A stretch of DNA of 64,000 bases from Desulfobulbales bacterium (GTDB lineage: Bacteria > Desulfobacterota > Desulfobulbia > Desulfobulbales > BM004): the NCBI GenBank assembly GCA_041599275.1, contig JBFHWX010000001.1:1337-65336 (forward strand). Reading direction: 5' to 3'. Made by a program: the position numbers and the translations under genes. Positions within the stretch are counted from its first letter, which is position 1. Each line of letters opens with the position of its first letter. Positions 1 through 9,508 of the stretch are shown in pieces. The notes under the pieces were generated by a model. That model made no database searches. It was not told the DNA's origin and was given only the letters and a program-made list of their open reading frames with translations.

Positions 1-2
1 TC

Positions 3-1244
3 GGCGGCAACTATATCCTGAACCAAGGCTCCCGCTGGGAACAGAGCACTTTCTGGGCCGATCTGGTCTTCTCCGGCCAAATCGGAGGCACATTCGACTG
101 TGGCGCCCGGCTTTATGGCGACCACCACGACATCGTGCCTTTCTGGGAACTCTTTCCGGCCGGCACCGTGCCCGGCTTCGCCGAAGGGGTGCTTGGCAGC
201 CCGCGCTCCAGGAACCGCACGGCAGGCATCGAATCGACCCTCAGCCGGCAGGTGGCAGAGCACCGGCTGACCGCCGGCCTGCAATTCGAGCACCGCGAAC
301 AGTTCGACGTCCGGCACCTGACCAACTTCAACCCCCTCACCGGCGCTCCCCTTGGACCATTGCAGGATGTCTCCGACCGCTTCAACTTCAACCGTGGGGC
401 CACACGGGCTCTGTGGGCCGTTTTCCTGCAGGATGTCTGGAACATTTCGGAAAAACTCGATCTTACCGCAGGGCTGCGCCACGACGTCTCTTCCGATTTC
501 GGTTCCACCACCAACCCGCGGCTCGGCCTGGTTTGGGAGGCAGGCCCCGGAACCCTGCTCAAACTTCTCTACGGCACCGGTTTCCGGGCTCCGGTCTTCT
601 ACGAGCTCTACCACCGCAACAATCCGTCCCAGATCGGCAACCCCGACCTGCGGCCGGAAACCGCACGGACATGGGAACTTGCCATCGAACACCGGCTGGC
701 CACCGGCATCTTGTTGAGCGCCAACCTCTATCACAACGAATTGGACGACATCATTGTTGAGGGCGAGAAACCGTCGGTAAACGAACCGGGGATGTACCAA
801 AACGGCGGCAGCCTGCGGGCCCGCGGCGTCGAAGCGGGCTTGAACCTGCAGCCCTTCCGGAGCCTGCAGTGCCAGCTTTCCTATGCCTACCAGGAGGTGG
901 AAAACGAGGATTCGGGCCGCACCGTGCCCGACGTGCCCCGCCAGCGGGCCAACCTCGGGCTCGACTTTTCAGGGCTTGAGCCGTTTCTGGTCCACCTGGA
1001 TCTCTTGTGGACCGGCGCACGACCCCGGGCCGCAGGCGCCCCCAGGCCGACCCTCGGCGACAGCCTGCTCACCGATCTCAGCATCTCCAGCGGCCAGATG
1101 TTCGGCCCCCTCGGCCTGCGGGTATCCGGGAAAAACATCTTCGCCACCAATCACTTCGACCCGAGCCCGGCCCCGGGCCTGGTGCCCGGCGACTACCCCT
1201 CGGCAGCCCGCAGTTTCCTCTTCGAGCTCACCTACACTTTCTGA
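3..1244 (+). CDS. TonB-dependent outer-membrane receptor, C-terminal portion (5' end outside window)
   Basis: The frame is open from the window edge, so listed ORF 135..1244 is only the Met-initiated part. Beta-barrel-type sequence with NPRLGLVWE..LLYGTGFRAP. Ends ..FELTYTF, with the terminal Phe typical of TBDRs. Confidence 0.8.
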   Translation, partial: GGNYILNQGSRWEQSTFWADLVFSGQIGGTFDCGARLYGDHHDIVPFWELFPAGTVPGFAEGVLGSPRSRNRTAGIESTLSRQVAEHRLTAGLQFEHREQFDVRHLTNFNPLTGAPLGPLQDVSDRFNFNRGATRALWAVFLQDVWNISEKLDLTAGLRHDVSSDFGSTTNPRLGLVWEAGPGTLLKLLYGTGFRAPVFYELYHRNNPSQIGNPDLRPETARTWELAIEHRLATGILLSANLYHNELDDIIVEGEKPSVNEPGMYQNGGSLRARGVEAGLNLQPFRSLQCQLSYAYQEVENEDSGRTVPDVPRQRANLGLDFSGLEPFLVHLDLLWTGARPRAAGAPRPTLGDSLLTDLSISSGQMFGPLGLRVSGKNIFATNHFDPSPAPGLVPGDYPSAARSFLFELTYTF

Positions 1245-1519
1245 GCTGGGCTGCAGGTTGGCGGAGTCGCCCTCTCCGGTGCCGCGGCAATCGTCCTGGC
1301 TCCACCCGCGGACCGGCAAGACCTGCTGTGCCTCGCCGCAAGTGGGGCCAAGAAATTCGGTCTTGGTGCGCCTCCCCCCCTCCGTCCGGTATGAAAAAAA
1401 ACTGGCCGCAGCCGGGTTCGATTCGGTAGACGGGAACTGTTTCGTGTTGGTTTCCGGGCGATCGGCACACGCCCCGAGCCTCTTTCCACCGGACGGAAGG
1501 GGTGAAGCGGTTGGCAGGG

Positions 1520-1765
1520 TTACTCTTTGGGACTGTAGGTGCGGATGGAGTCCACGGTGCCCCAGTCGTAGTAGGTGTTGATGTTCACCCCTTCCTCCCG
1601 GTCCTCGGTAACCCGCAGAAAGGTATCGCCCAGAAAGAGCAGAGCCTCCTTGTAGACTTTGCCTTCGTTGATCTGGATCGAGACGTTTTTTCGCAACCGG
1701 CGCGACATGGTGCCGTGCAGCGGCATGGAAGCGTACTCGACGATTTTTTCCCAGGTTGCTTTCAT
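1520..1765 (-). CDS. Small conserved-looking hypothetical protein (81 aa)
   Basis: Internal ATG (MKATWEKIVEY..) of ORF 1520..1981. The upstream part of that ORF overlaps the neighbouring gene. I recognise no family. Confidence 0.4.
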   Translation of the reverse strand: MKATWEKIVEYASMPLHGTMSRRLRKNVSIQINEGKVYKEALLFLGDTFLRVTEDREEGVNINTYYDWGTVDSIRTYSPKE

Positions 1766-1829
1766 ATTTTTCTCCTTTTTCAGGTTGGAACTGTTTGAAC
1801 GGGCCAAACTATTTGAACGGTTCAAACGG

Positions 1830-2270
1830 TCAATCCGGTTCCGGCAGAGTGGCTCTGGCAAAACTCGCCACCCGCTCGCCGATGGCGAGAATCTGGCCGA
1901 TGGTCCCGGCGTCTGGAGCACGATGCTGAAAAGTGTCCAGATCGCAGAGTTCCTGGTAGGTGTCGAGGTGCTCCAAATCACGTCGAAGAGCGGGCTGCGG
2001 CCCGGTCACACCCTCAACCGCCCGGGCGAGATCGGTCATGGTATGGTTCTCGGGCAGGCAGCCATTGAACATGAGAAAGGCCATGAGCAGTTTCTCGCAG
2101 CCCATGGCCACCAGGTTGTAGACGGTTTCCGGGATGAAGACATCCGGCCGGCGTGCGTGGCCATTGGCCGCCGCCCGCAGATAGTCGCGGCCTTCTTTCA
2201 GATAGAGCGGCCAGCCCTCGATGACGGTGGACGGCCGGCGGTCGGCGATGGTGGTCTGCAACGGGTTCAT
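1830..2270 (-). CDS. HEPN-like hypothetical protein
   Basis: The MNPLQ start overlaps the GNAT stop as ATGA. All-helical sequence with a GCEKLLMAFL..H segment and an RRDLEH (R-x4-H) motif reminiscent of HEPN domains. The family call is weak. Confidence 0.45.
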   Translation of the reverse strand: MNPLQTTIADRRPSTVIEGWPLYLKEGRDYLRAAANGHARRPDVFIPETVYNLVAMGCEKLLMAFLMFNGCLPENHTMTDLARAVEGVTGPQPALRRDLEHLDTYQELCDLDTFQHRAPDAGTIGQILAIGERVASFARATLPEPD

Positions 2271-2761
2271 GTTTTTTTTCCTTTGCACCCGGCATGGCCG
2301 GTCTGAGAGGCAGGCCGCTGCCGCAGGCAGATGAGGGAGGTAAACTGCCAGCCCGTCTTTTCGTAAAACGCCAGGGCCGCGCCGTTGTTGCGGTCGGCCA
2401 GCAGCTGCAGCCGGCCGGCACCTTTTGCTGCAGCCCAGGCGGCGATTTCATCGAGCAGCCGGCGGCCGATGCCGCGCTGCCGAAAGCAGGCGGAAACCAC
2501 CACGTCCTCGACCAGCACCGCAGGCCCGCCTTCAGCGGTGGAGACCACCAGTTGGCCGCTAACCATGCCAACGGCCCTGTCCCCGTTTTCGGCCACCACG
2601 ACCCGGGCGAAGGGGTTGCCGAGCAGCAGCAGCAGGCCGCGGCGCTGCAGCTCGGCGTTGAAGGTGAAATCCTCCTCGATGGAGAAGAGCTCCGCCAGCA
2701 GTTCGACCAGGGCGTCGAGATCCTCCAGCCGGGCGGAGCGGAACAGGATGGTCTCGTTCAT
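2267..2761 (-). CDS. GNAT family N-acetyltransferase
   Basis: Starts MNETILFR (ATG at 2761). Acetyl-CoA binding motif VVSACFRQRGIGRRLLDE, and ..ALAFYEKTGW. Confidence 0.85.
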   Translation of the reverse strand: MNETILFRSARLEDLDALVELLAELFSIEEDFTFNAELQRRGLLLLLGNPFARVVVAENGDRAVGMVSGQLVVSTAEGGPAVLVEDVVVSACFRQRGIGRRLLDEIAAWAAAKGAGRLQLLADRNNGAALAFYEKTGWQFTSLICLRQRPASQTGHAGCKGKKT

Positions 2762-2769
2762 GCTCCGCC

Positions 2770-3072
2770 TCAGCCGATGCGATACCCGGCAGCCGGCGCA
2801 CCGTCCTCGAGGCCGTCGAGAATGGCGTCGATGGCCTCTTCGGAGTCCACCCCCTTGAACCACCAGTTCTCGGGCTGCACCACCATGATCGGACCTGACT
2901 CGCACTGCTTGAGGCAGGTGGTGGCGGTGACCAGACAGTCGAGGCCACGGTCGAGTATCTCTTCTTCCAGATATTGCAAAAAACCGTCGGTCTGTTTGTG
3001 GCAGATGCCCTTCTTGTCTCCTGCAACCCGGAAGCTCTGGCAGACGAGAATCTGTCGTGCGGGTGTTGCCAT
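2770..3072 (-). CDS. Thioredoxin-like [2Fe-2S] ferredoxin (nif-associated)
   Basis: 100 aa from MATPARQILVCQSF. Four Cys arranged as C-x(n)-C...C-x3-C (VCQS..GICH..TTCLKQCESGP), as in clostridial-type 2Fe ferredoxins. Confidence 0.8.
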   Translation of the reverse strand: MATPARQILVCQSFRVAGDKKGICHKQTDGFLQYLEEEILDRGLDCLVTATTCLKQCESGPIMVVQPENWWFKGVDSEEAIDAILDGLEDGAPAAGYRIG

Positions 3073-3130
3073 ATCGTTTCTCCTTGATTGGGTGTTGTTC
3101 CGTCGCGGCAGACGTGTGTCCATGCCGCTC

Positions 3131-4270
3131 TTATTTTTTCCGTCGTTTTTGGGCCGTTCCGCTGAAATGCTCCAGCGCTCCGGTGATCTCGCCTTCAGCA
3201 ATGAGCACCGTGATGCCGTTATCGGCCAGTATTTTTTTCGGTTTGTCCCCGGCGCCGGCGGCAAGCAGCAGAAAGCAGTCGGCAAGGGTATCGGCCAAAA
3301 GCAGCCAGCGGGAATCGCCGCCCCCCGGTTCCGGTGCGGGTCGTGAGCCCAGCAGGCAGAAAAGCCCGTCCTCGCGGGGCCCGTAGACCAGAAACCGCAC
3401 CGCCTGGCCGAGATGGCAGTCAACCTCCATGCCGCTGGAGCTCGCCACCGCCACGTTCGGCCGATTTTTTTGGGGGGTCATCCCCCCTCCCCCTGCCCGG
3501 CTGGCTGTGGCCGCCACCACCAGCGACCGGCAGGGTTCGATGACCTTCAGGTAACGCGCCGCGGCGGTCCTGGCCCGGCCGATGAGATCGCAATCCACCA
3601 CTGAAACTTCTTCCGTACCGGCCGGCGGCCGGAAGGGCAGAACCACCATGGTGCTTGCCCCCAGTGGTGCCATGGCAGCGGCCACTGCCCCAGCCTGATC
3701 CTGATTCGCCCCTGGATAGAGGGTAAAAGCTATGGTCACCGGCAGCCCTGCCTGGCGGCAGGCGTCCACCGCCTTCGGCTGCTCTTCGAGCAGTACTTTT
3801 ACGGCCTCGGAGAGCGGCAGGTTTCTGGTGGAGGGCCGTATCCACTGATAGATTTTCTCCGCACTTTCAACCGACACCGCAGGAACGACAAGAGTCACCC
3901 CGGTACAGCCCCGGGCCGCGAATTCGGCAGCTCGCTCGGCCAATCCCAACCCCAGGGTGGTGACCGTTACCGGGTTAGCGCTGTAACAGCGCCGGATGCG
4001 GGCAACGAGTTCCAGGGAATTTTCCGGCGTGGCCAGCGGGTCACCGGGGCCGTGCAGGGCGATTTCGCAACCCGCCATCACCTCCGGACTCTCGGCCAGC
4101 CAGTCAAGAGCGTCGGCGGCCATCAGAGCCGGCTGCGGCTTGGCCTCACCGTCGAACCGGCTGCGGGCCACCGCCCGCACCGCCACCGGCAGCTCGACCC
4201 GCGCCCCCTCGGCCTCGCCGCCGCAGGAACAGCCGCCCCGGACCGGACCGGGAAAAGGTATGACCGTCAT
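3131..4270 (-). CDS. NifB-like protein (radical-SAM-like core plus C-terminal NifX/NifB-type cofactor-binding domain) lacking the CX3CX2C motif
   Basis: Collinear with NifB landmarks (LPVA.., HGPGDPLA, TTLGLGL, KIYQWI, C-terminal VAVASSSG..CHLGQA..F NifX-like domain). The segment where CNIQCNYC should lie reads VRAVARSRFDGE. Confidence 0.75.
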   Translation of the reverse strand: MTVIPFPGPVRGGCSCGGEAEGARVELPVAVRAVARSRFDGEAKPQPALMAADALDWLAESPEVMAGCEIALHGPGDPLATPENSLELVARIRRCYSANPVTVTTLGLGLAERAAEFAARGCTGVTLVVPAVSVESAEKIYQWIRPSTRNLPLSEAVKVLLEEQPKAVDACRQAGLPVTIAFTLYPGANQDQAGAVAAAMAPLGASTMVVLPFRPPAGTEEVSVVDCDLIGRARTAAARYLKVIEPCRSLVVAATASRAGGGGMTPQKNRPNVAVASSSGMEVDCHLGQAVRFLVYGPREDGLFCLLGSRPAPEPGGGDSRWLLLADTLADCFLLLAAGAGDKPKKILADNGITVLIAEGEITGALEHFSGTAQKRRKK

Positions 4271-4375
4271 GCTCTTGCTCCCTTTTCAATCGTAAAGCGG
4301 GGACAGATCTACTTTTTCAAAGAAAAAACAAAATCAGTCCCCTGCCGTCCCTTGCAGGAAAAGTTGTTGATTGAA

Positions 4376-4401
4376 GGCCGGGCAGGTCCCCCTGCCCGGC
4401 C
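4376..4401 (-). terminator. GC-rich hairpin just downstream of nifK (possible attenuator or mRNA-stabilising stem)
   Basis: Perfect 11-bp stem ggccgggcagg / cctgcccggcc with a 4-nt loop. The downstream tract on the minus strand is only moderately U-rich. Confidence 0.3.
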
Positions 4402-4425
4402 CACGTCTCACGTCTCACGTCTCAC
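4402..4425 (-). repeat. Tandem heptamer (cacgtct)x3 plus partial unit
   Basis: Read directly from the sequence: cacgtct cacgtct cacgtct cac. It lies between the nifK stop and the hairpin. Confidence 0.8.
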
Positions 4426-4444
4426 TTCTTCCTTCTCTCTGCTC

Positions 4445-5818
4445 CTACAGCACGAGTTCGAACTTCTGTTCCTGATCGTCCCGGTCCTTGCGGTCGAGCA
4501 GCACGCCGAGCATCTTTTCGAGAAGCCGCAGGCCGCCCTTGTAGCCCACTGTCGGGAAATACTGATGTCCCTGGCGATCGAGAATCGGAAACCCCCAGCG
4601 CACATACGGAATGTCTTCGTCGCGGGCGATGTACTTGCAGTATGTGTTGCCGATCAGCAGATCCACCGGCTCGTTCTTGATCCACTGATGGAGCAGGAAC
4701 ATATCGCCCTTGGCCCGGACGTTCACTTCGAACGGCATGTCCCTGGTGAGTTCCTTGATCCGCTTTTCAAAGGCGTTGCCCGGCGTGCCGGTGACCACGT
4801 GCACCGGGCACATGTCCATGGACACCAGGAACTCGGTCATGGCGATCAGTTGGTCCGGGTCACCGACCAGGGCCACCTTTTTGTGATAGGTGTACTGGTG
4901 CATATCGGAAATCATGTCGACGAGCTGGCCGCGTTCGTTGGTGATCTCTTCCGGTATGGTTACCCCGGCAATGGTCCGCAGGGCATCGATGAAGCGATCG
5001 GTGGCAGACAACCCAAACGGCATGTCGAGCACCGAGCACGGCACCTTGCACTTGGTGTCGAGCCAGCGGGCGGCATCGGCCGAGCACCACTCGCCAAGGG
5101 CCAGGGTACCAATGGAGTCGCCGGTTGATTTCAGTTCCTTCATGGTCACGCCACCTTCCGGGAACATCTTGTACTCGCCGGAAAGCGGTCCGTTCAGCAC
5201 GCCGGAGGTATCCGGAAAGAGGATGAAGCCGACGCCGATCAGGTTCACCAGGCGCTTGATCTCCTCCATGTCGGCGGGTTCCACCCAGCCGGGGATGATG
5301 TTGATCAAGCCGTTCTTCTTGCCGGTGGGCTCGGCCACCATGGCCATGGATTTGACCATGTTCGAAAACCCGGTGACATGCGAGCCGACGTAGCTCGGGG
5401 TGCTGGCGTAGATGACATCCTTGCCGGCCGGGATCTTGCCCTCGTTGGCCGCCTTGGTCTTGATCTGTTTCAGATCATCGCCGATGGTCTCGGACAGACA
5501 GGTGGTGTGCACGGCGATCACTTCGGGGTCATAGACCGAGAAGATGTTGCTGATCGCCTGCAGCATGTTGGCCTGACCGCCGAAGACCGAAGCACCTTCG
5601 GTGAACGAGCTGGTGGAGGCGGATATGGGCTCTTTGTAGTGCCTGGTCAAAGTGGAGCGATGGTAGGCGCAGCAGCCCTGGGAGCCGTGACTGTGCGGCA
5701 GGCAACCGTGGATGCCGAGCGCCGCGTACATGGCGCCGATGGGCTGGCAGGTCTTGGCCGGGTTGATGGTCAAGGCGCTGCGCTCGCTGATTTCTTTGGG
5801 TGTATGTCGAAGTAGCAT
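4445..5818 (-). CDS. nifK: Nitrogenase MoFe protein beta chain
   Basis: 457 aa. Motif CQPIGAMYAALGIHGCLPHSHGSQGCCAYHRS, the P-cluster ligand region. GAGG RBS. Follows nifD. Confidence 0.95.
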   Translation of the reverse strand: MLLRHTPKEISERSALTINPAKTCQPIGAMYAALGIHGCLPHSHGSQGCCAYHRSTLTRHYKEPISASTSSFTEGASVFGGQANMLQAISNIFSVYDPEVIAVHTTCLSETIGDDLKQIKTKAANEGKIPAGKDVIYASTPSYVGSHVTGFSNMVKSMAMVAEPTGKKNGLINIIPGWVEPADMEEIKRLVNLIGVGFILFPDTSGVLNGPLSGEYKMFPEGGVTMKELKSTGDSIGTLALGEWCSADAARWLDTKCKVPCSVLDMPFGLSATDRFIDALRTIAGVTIPEEITNERGQLVDMISDMHQYTYHKKVALVGDPDQLIAMTEFLVSMDMCPVHVVTGTPGNAFEKRIKELTRDMPFEVNVRAKGDMFLLHQWIKNEPVDLLIGNTYCKYIARDEDIPYVRWGFPILDRQGHQYFPTVGYKGGLRLLEKMLGVLLDRKDRDDQEQKFELVL

Positions 5819-6019
5819 ATTCTTGCCTCGTATTCGTTTAAGTGACGCTGTGATTTGGCCTTACTGATAGCCCGGCCGCAAATAAGCGGTCACAGGGTGC
5901 CGCAGATGCGCGGAAGAGGTTTGCCCGCTATACATCTGGTATGCGGGCAGGCCGATGACAAAGCAGGTAAACGAGCCTGCGAGACTCCGGATGCGGTGCC
6001 CTGTGACCGCGCCCCCACC

Positions 6020-7660
6020 CTATTCCCACTGATAGGTGGCGGAGAGCTGCGGGTTCTGCTGCCAGGGGGCCTTCATGTAGCCCCAGACCTTGCTGTTCAC
6101 CAAGCGGTCGATCTCCTTGTAGAAATTGATCGCGCCTTTGAACCCGGCATAGGGGCCGCCGGAATCGTAGGAATGGAGTTGCTTCATGGGCACGCCGAGC
6201 TTCTGGATGGAGAACTTCTCCTTGATGCCGGCGCAGAAGATATCCGGCTTCATCAGCTCCACCAGTTTCTCCGCTTCGTACTGGTTGAGATCGTCGATGA
6301 TCAGGGTGCCCTTGTCCATGTCCGGGGCGAGTCCGTCGTAGTGCTTGAAGGCGTAGCCGCTTTCTTCGAGCTTTTTCATTTCTGCATCACTCTTGCGCGG
6401 CTTGAACCGGGTCTCGTCGGGCTCCACCTCGATCTCCTCGATGTTGCGGCTGTCGGCATCCACGGTGAGATTCGGGATCACCTGGCGGCCTTCGTAGTCG
6501 TCACGGTGGCCGAACTCGTAGCCCGCCGAAATGGTCTTCATCCCCAGTTCGTCAAAGAGCTCCTTGTAATGGTGGGCCCGGGATCCGCCCACGAACATCA
6601 TGGCGGTCTTGCCCGCGGTGCGCGGCAGGATCTCTTGAATTGCCGCCTCCACCTCGGGCATCTCCTCGGCGATCACCGCCTCCACCCGCTCGATGAGGGC
6701 CTGGTCGCCGAAATACTCGGCAATCTTGCGCAAACTCTTGGCCGTGGCCTTGGCGCCGATGAAGTTCACCTTGATCCAGGGAATGCCGAACTTGGTTTCC
6801 AGCATGTCGGCCACGTAATTGATCGACCGGTGGCACATGACCGCGTTCAGGTCCGCCTGGTGGGCCGAGGCGAACTGGTCGTAGGTCGAGTTGCCGGAAA
6901 AGGTGGAGATACAGGTGATGCCGCATTTATGAAAGATCCGGTCGATCTCGAAACCGTCGCCGCCGATGTTGTACTCACCGAGCAGATTGATCTTGTACTC
7001 GCCCTCCTTGGGCACGTCGTTCTCGCCCACGATGTGGCGGAACACCTGGTTGTTGGCGATGTGGTGGCCGGCGGACTGGCTAACCCCCTTGTAGCCCTCG
7101 CAGGAGAAGGCATAGACGTTGCAGTCGCCGAACTTGTCCTTCATCCGCTTGCTCACCGTGTGGATGTCGTCGCCTATGAGCCCCACCGGGCAGGTGGCGA
7201 AAACGGCGATGGACTTCGGGTGAAAGAGGTCGTAGGCCTCCTGGATCGCGGCTTCGAGCTTTTTTTCGCCGCCGAAGATGATGTCCGAGTCCTGCATGTC
7301 GGTGGAGAAGCAGTAGTTCATATAGTTCTCGCCGTCCGGGCCGGCATCGGTCTGGTTGCGGCGGGTGAGCCAGGCGTAGAACGAGCAGCCGATGGGGCCG
7401 TGGACGAGATTGACGATGTCCCGGGTCGGGCCCATGATCACGCCCTTGCAGCCGGCGTAGGTACAGCCGCGCATGGTGATGATGCCCGGCGTGGTCCGCA
7501 CGTTGGCGGTGATCTCCGGGGTCTCGTTTTCAAGCGCCTCGTTGATCATGATCTGCCTGGCGCGCTTGCGGGCCACCTTGGCAGGGTATTTCTCGAGAAG
7601 CTGGGCCTTGACCTCGGCCGGGTCCCACTGCACCAGCTTTTCCTTGTTTGTCGTTGCCAT
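6020..7660 (-). CDS. nifD: Nitrogenase MoFe protein alpha chain
   Basis: 546 aa. Motifs HGPIGCSFYAW and VMCHRSINY (FeMo-co Cys ligand motif). AAGGAGA RBS. Long form typical of anaerobe-type NifD. Confidence 0.95.
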   Translation of the reverse strand: MATTNKEKLVQWDPAEVKAQLLEKYPAKVARKRARQIMINEALENETPEITANVRTTPGIITMRGCTYAGCKGVIMGPTRDIVNLVHGPIGCSFYAWLTRRNQTDAGPDGENYMNYCFSTDMQDSDIIFGGEKKLEAAIQEAYDLFHPKSIAVFATCPVGLIGDDIHTVSKRMKDKFGDCNVYAFSCEGYKGVSQSAGHHIANNQVFRHIVGENDVPKEGEYKINLLGEYNIGGDGFEIDRIFHKCGITCISTFSGNSTYDQFASAHQADLNAVMCHRSINYVADMLETKFGIPWIKVNFIGAKATAKSLRKIAEYFGDQALIERVEAVIAEEMPEVEAAIQEILPRTAGKTAMMFVGGSRAHHYKELFDELGMKTISAGYEFGHRDDYEGRQVIPNLTVDADSRNIEEIEVEPDETRFKPRKSDAEMKKLEESGYAFKHYDGLAPDMDKGTLIIDDLNQYEAEKLVELMKPDIFCAGIKEKFSIQKLGVPMKQLHSYDSGGPYAGFKGAINFYKEIDRLVNSKVWGYMKAPWQQNPQLSATYQWE

Positions 7661-7678
7661 GTCACTGTCTCCTTGTAA

Positions 7679-8053
7679 TTAGGCTATCGCCTTGGCACCC
7701 TTCTCGCCTGTACGCACCCGCACCGCATCGCCCAAAGGCACGACGAAGATCTTGCCGTCGCCCGGCTTGCCGGTCTGGTTGGCGGCAATGAGCGCCTGCA
7801 CCACTTCCTTCACCTGTTTGTCCGGTACCACCGCGGTCACCATCCGTTTCGGGTAGAGTTGCCCCTTGCCGCCCAGGAGAGAAGCGGCTTCCTCGTAGCC
7901 CTGGCGCGCTCCGGCCAGCACCTGCGGGTTGGCAAAGCCCACCCCGCGGCCATGGGCCTCGTGGGCGAAAAAGGCGTCGATGCCGCAATCGGTGAGGGCC
8001 TGTTTGGTCTGGTTCATCATATTGATGCGCACAATGGCGATGACCTCTTTCAT
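7679..8053 (-). CDS. nifI2: PII-like nitrogenase regulator NifI2
   Basis: 124-aa GlnB-family fold (..GKPGDGKIFV..) with an extended T-loop. Located between nifH and nifD. Confidence 0.85.
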   Translation of the reverse strand: MKEVIAIVRINMMNQTKQALTDCGIDAFFAHEAHGRGVGFANPQVLAGARQGYEEAASLLGGKGQLYPKRMVTAVVPDKQVKEVVQALIAANQTGKPGDGKIFVVPLGDAVRVRTGEKGAKAIA

Positions 8054-8406
8054 GCCGGCACCCCCTCGGCTGCGTATTGGGTTTCCTTGACCCCGGAACT
8101 GATGGTGTAGGACTCTTCCACCGGGCTGACAAAGATCTTGCCGTCGCCAAAGGCGCCCTTGCCCTTCGAGCGGGCGGTCTTCATCACCGTGTCGATGAAG
8201 AAATCCTTGTCCGCCTCGTTTATCACGCTCAGCAGCATGACCTTGGGGATTTCGTCGTAGGTCACTTCCCCGATCTTGATGCCCCGCTGCTTGCCGCGGC
8301 CGGCCACCGAGTATTTTGTAACCGCCGGAAACCCCGCATCCATGAGGGCGGCAAGGACGTTATCAACTTTTTCTGGCCTGACAATCGATCGAATCATGAT
8401 TAGCAT
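8050..8406 (-). CDS. nifI1: PII-like nitrogenase regulator NifI1
   Basis: 118 aa from MLIMIRSIVRPEKV (ATG at 8406, with an RBS). GlnB family (GAFGDGKIFVSPVE). The long N-terminal extension of ORF 8050..9036 overlaps nifH and is rejected. Confidence 0.85.
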   Translation of the reverse strand: MLIMIRSIVRPEKVDNVLAALMDAGFPAVTKYSVAGRGKQRGIKIGEVTYDEIPKVMLLSVINEADKDFFIDTVMKTARSKGKGAFGDGKIFVSPVEESYTISSGVKETQYAAEGVPA

Positions 8407-8450
8407 GGTATTTTCTCCTGCTCTTGGTTGAGTAATGGTGTTGAGAGGTA

Positions 8451-9434
<984 letters not shown>

Positions 9435-9508
9435 TTACATTCACATACAAATCAGCTAATTACTGAAAATCAGACTGACTTTCGAGCTCTCCAGGCCTGT
9501 TCATTGTC

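Noticed and set aside
1411-1427. tRNA T-loop-like string gccGGGTTCGATTCGG
   Set aside because: The flanking bases do not form a T-stem (ccggg versus cggta). No acceptor or anticodon arms can be drawn.
5880-5960. 24-codon ORF (MYSGQTSSAHLRHPVTAYLRPGYQ) inside the nifD-nifK spacer, minus strand
   Set aside because: It has no RBS, lies within the stem structure, and its sequence is unremarkable. It is more likely incidental.
5855-7678. 607-aa plus-strand ORF
   Set aside because: It is antisense to nifD. The translation is low-complexity (G/A/V/L/H-rich) with no motifs, whereas the minus strand encodes an unmistakable NifD. It is a typical GC-rich antisense artefact.
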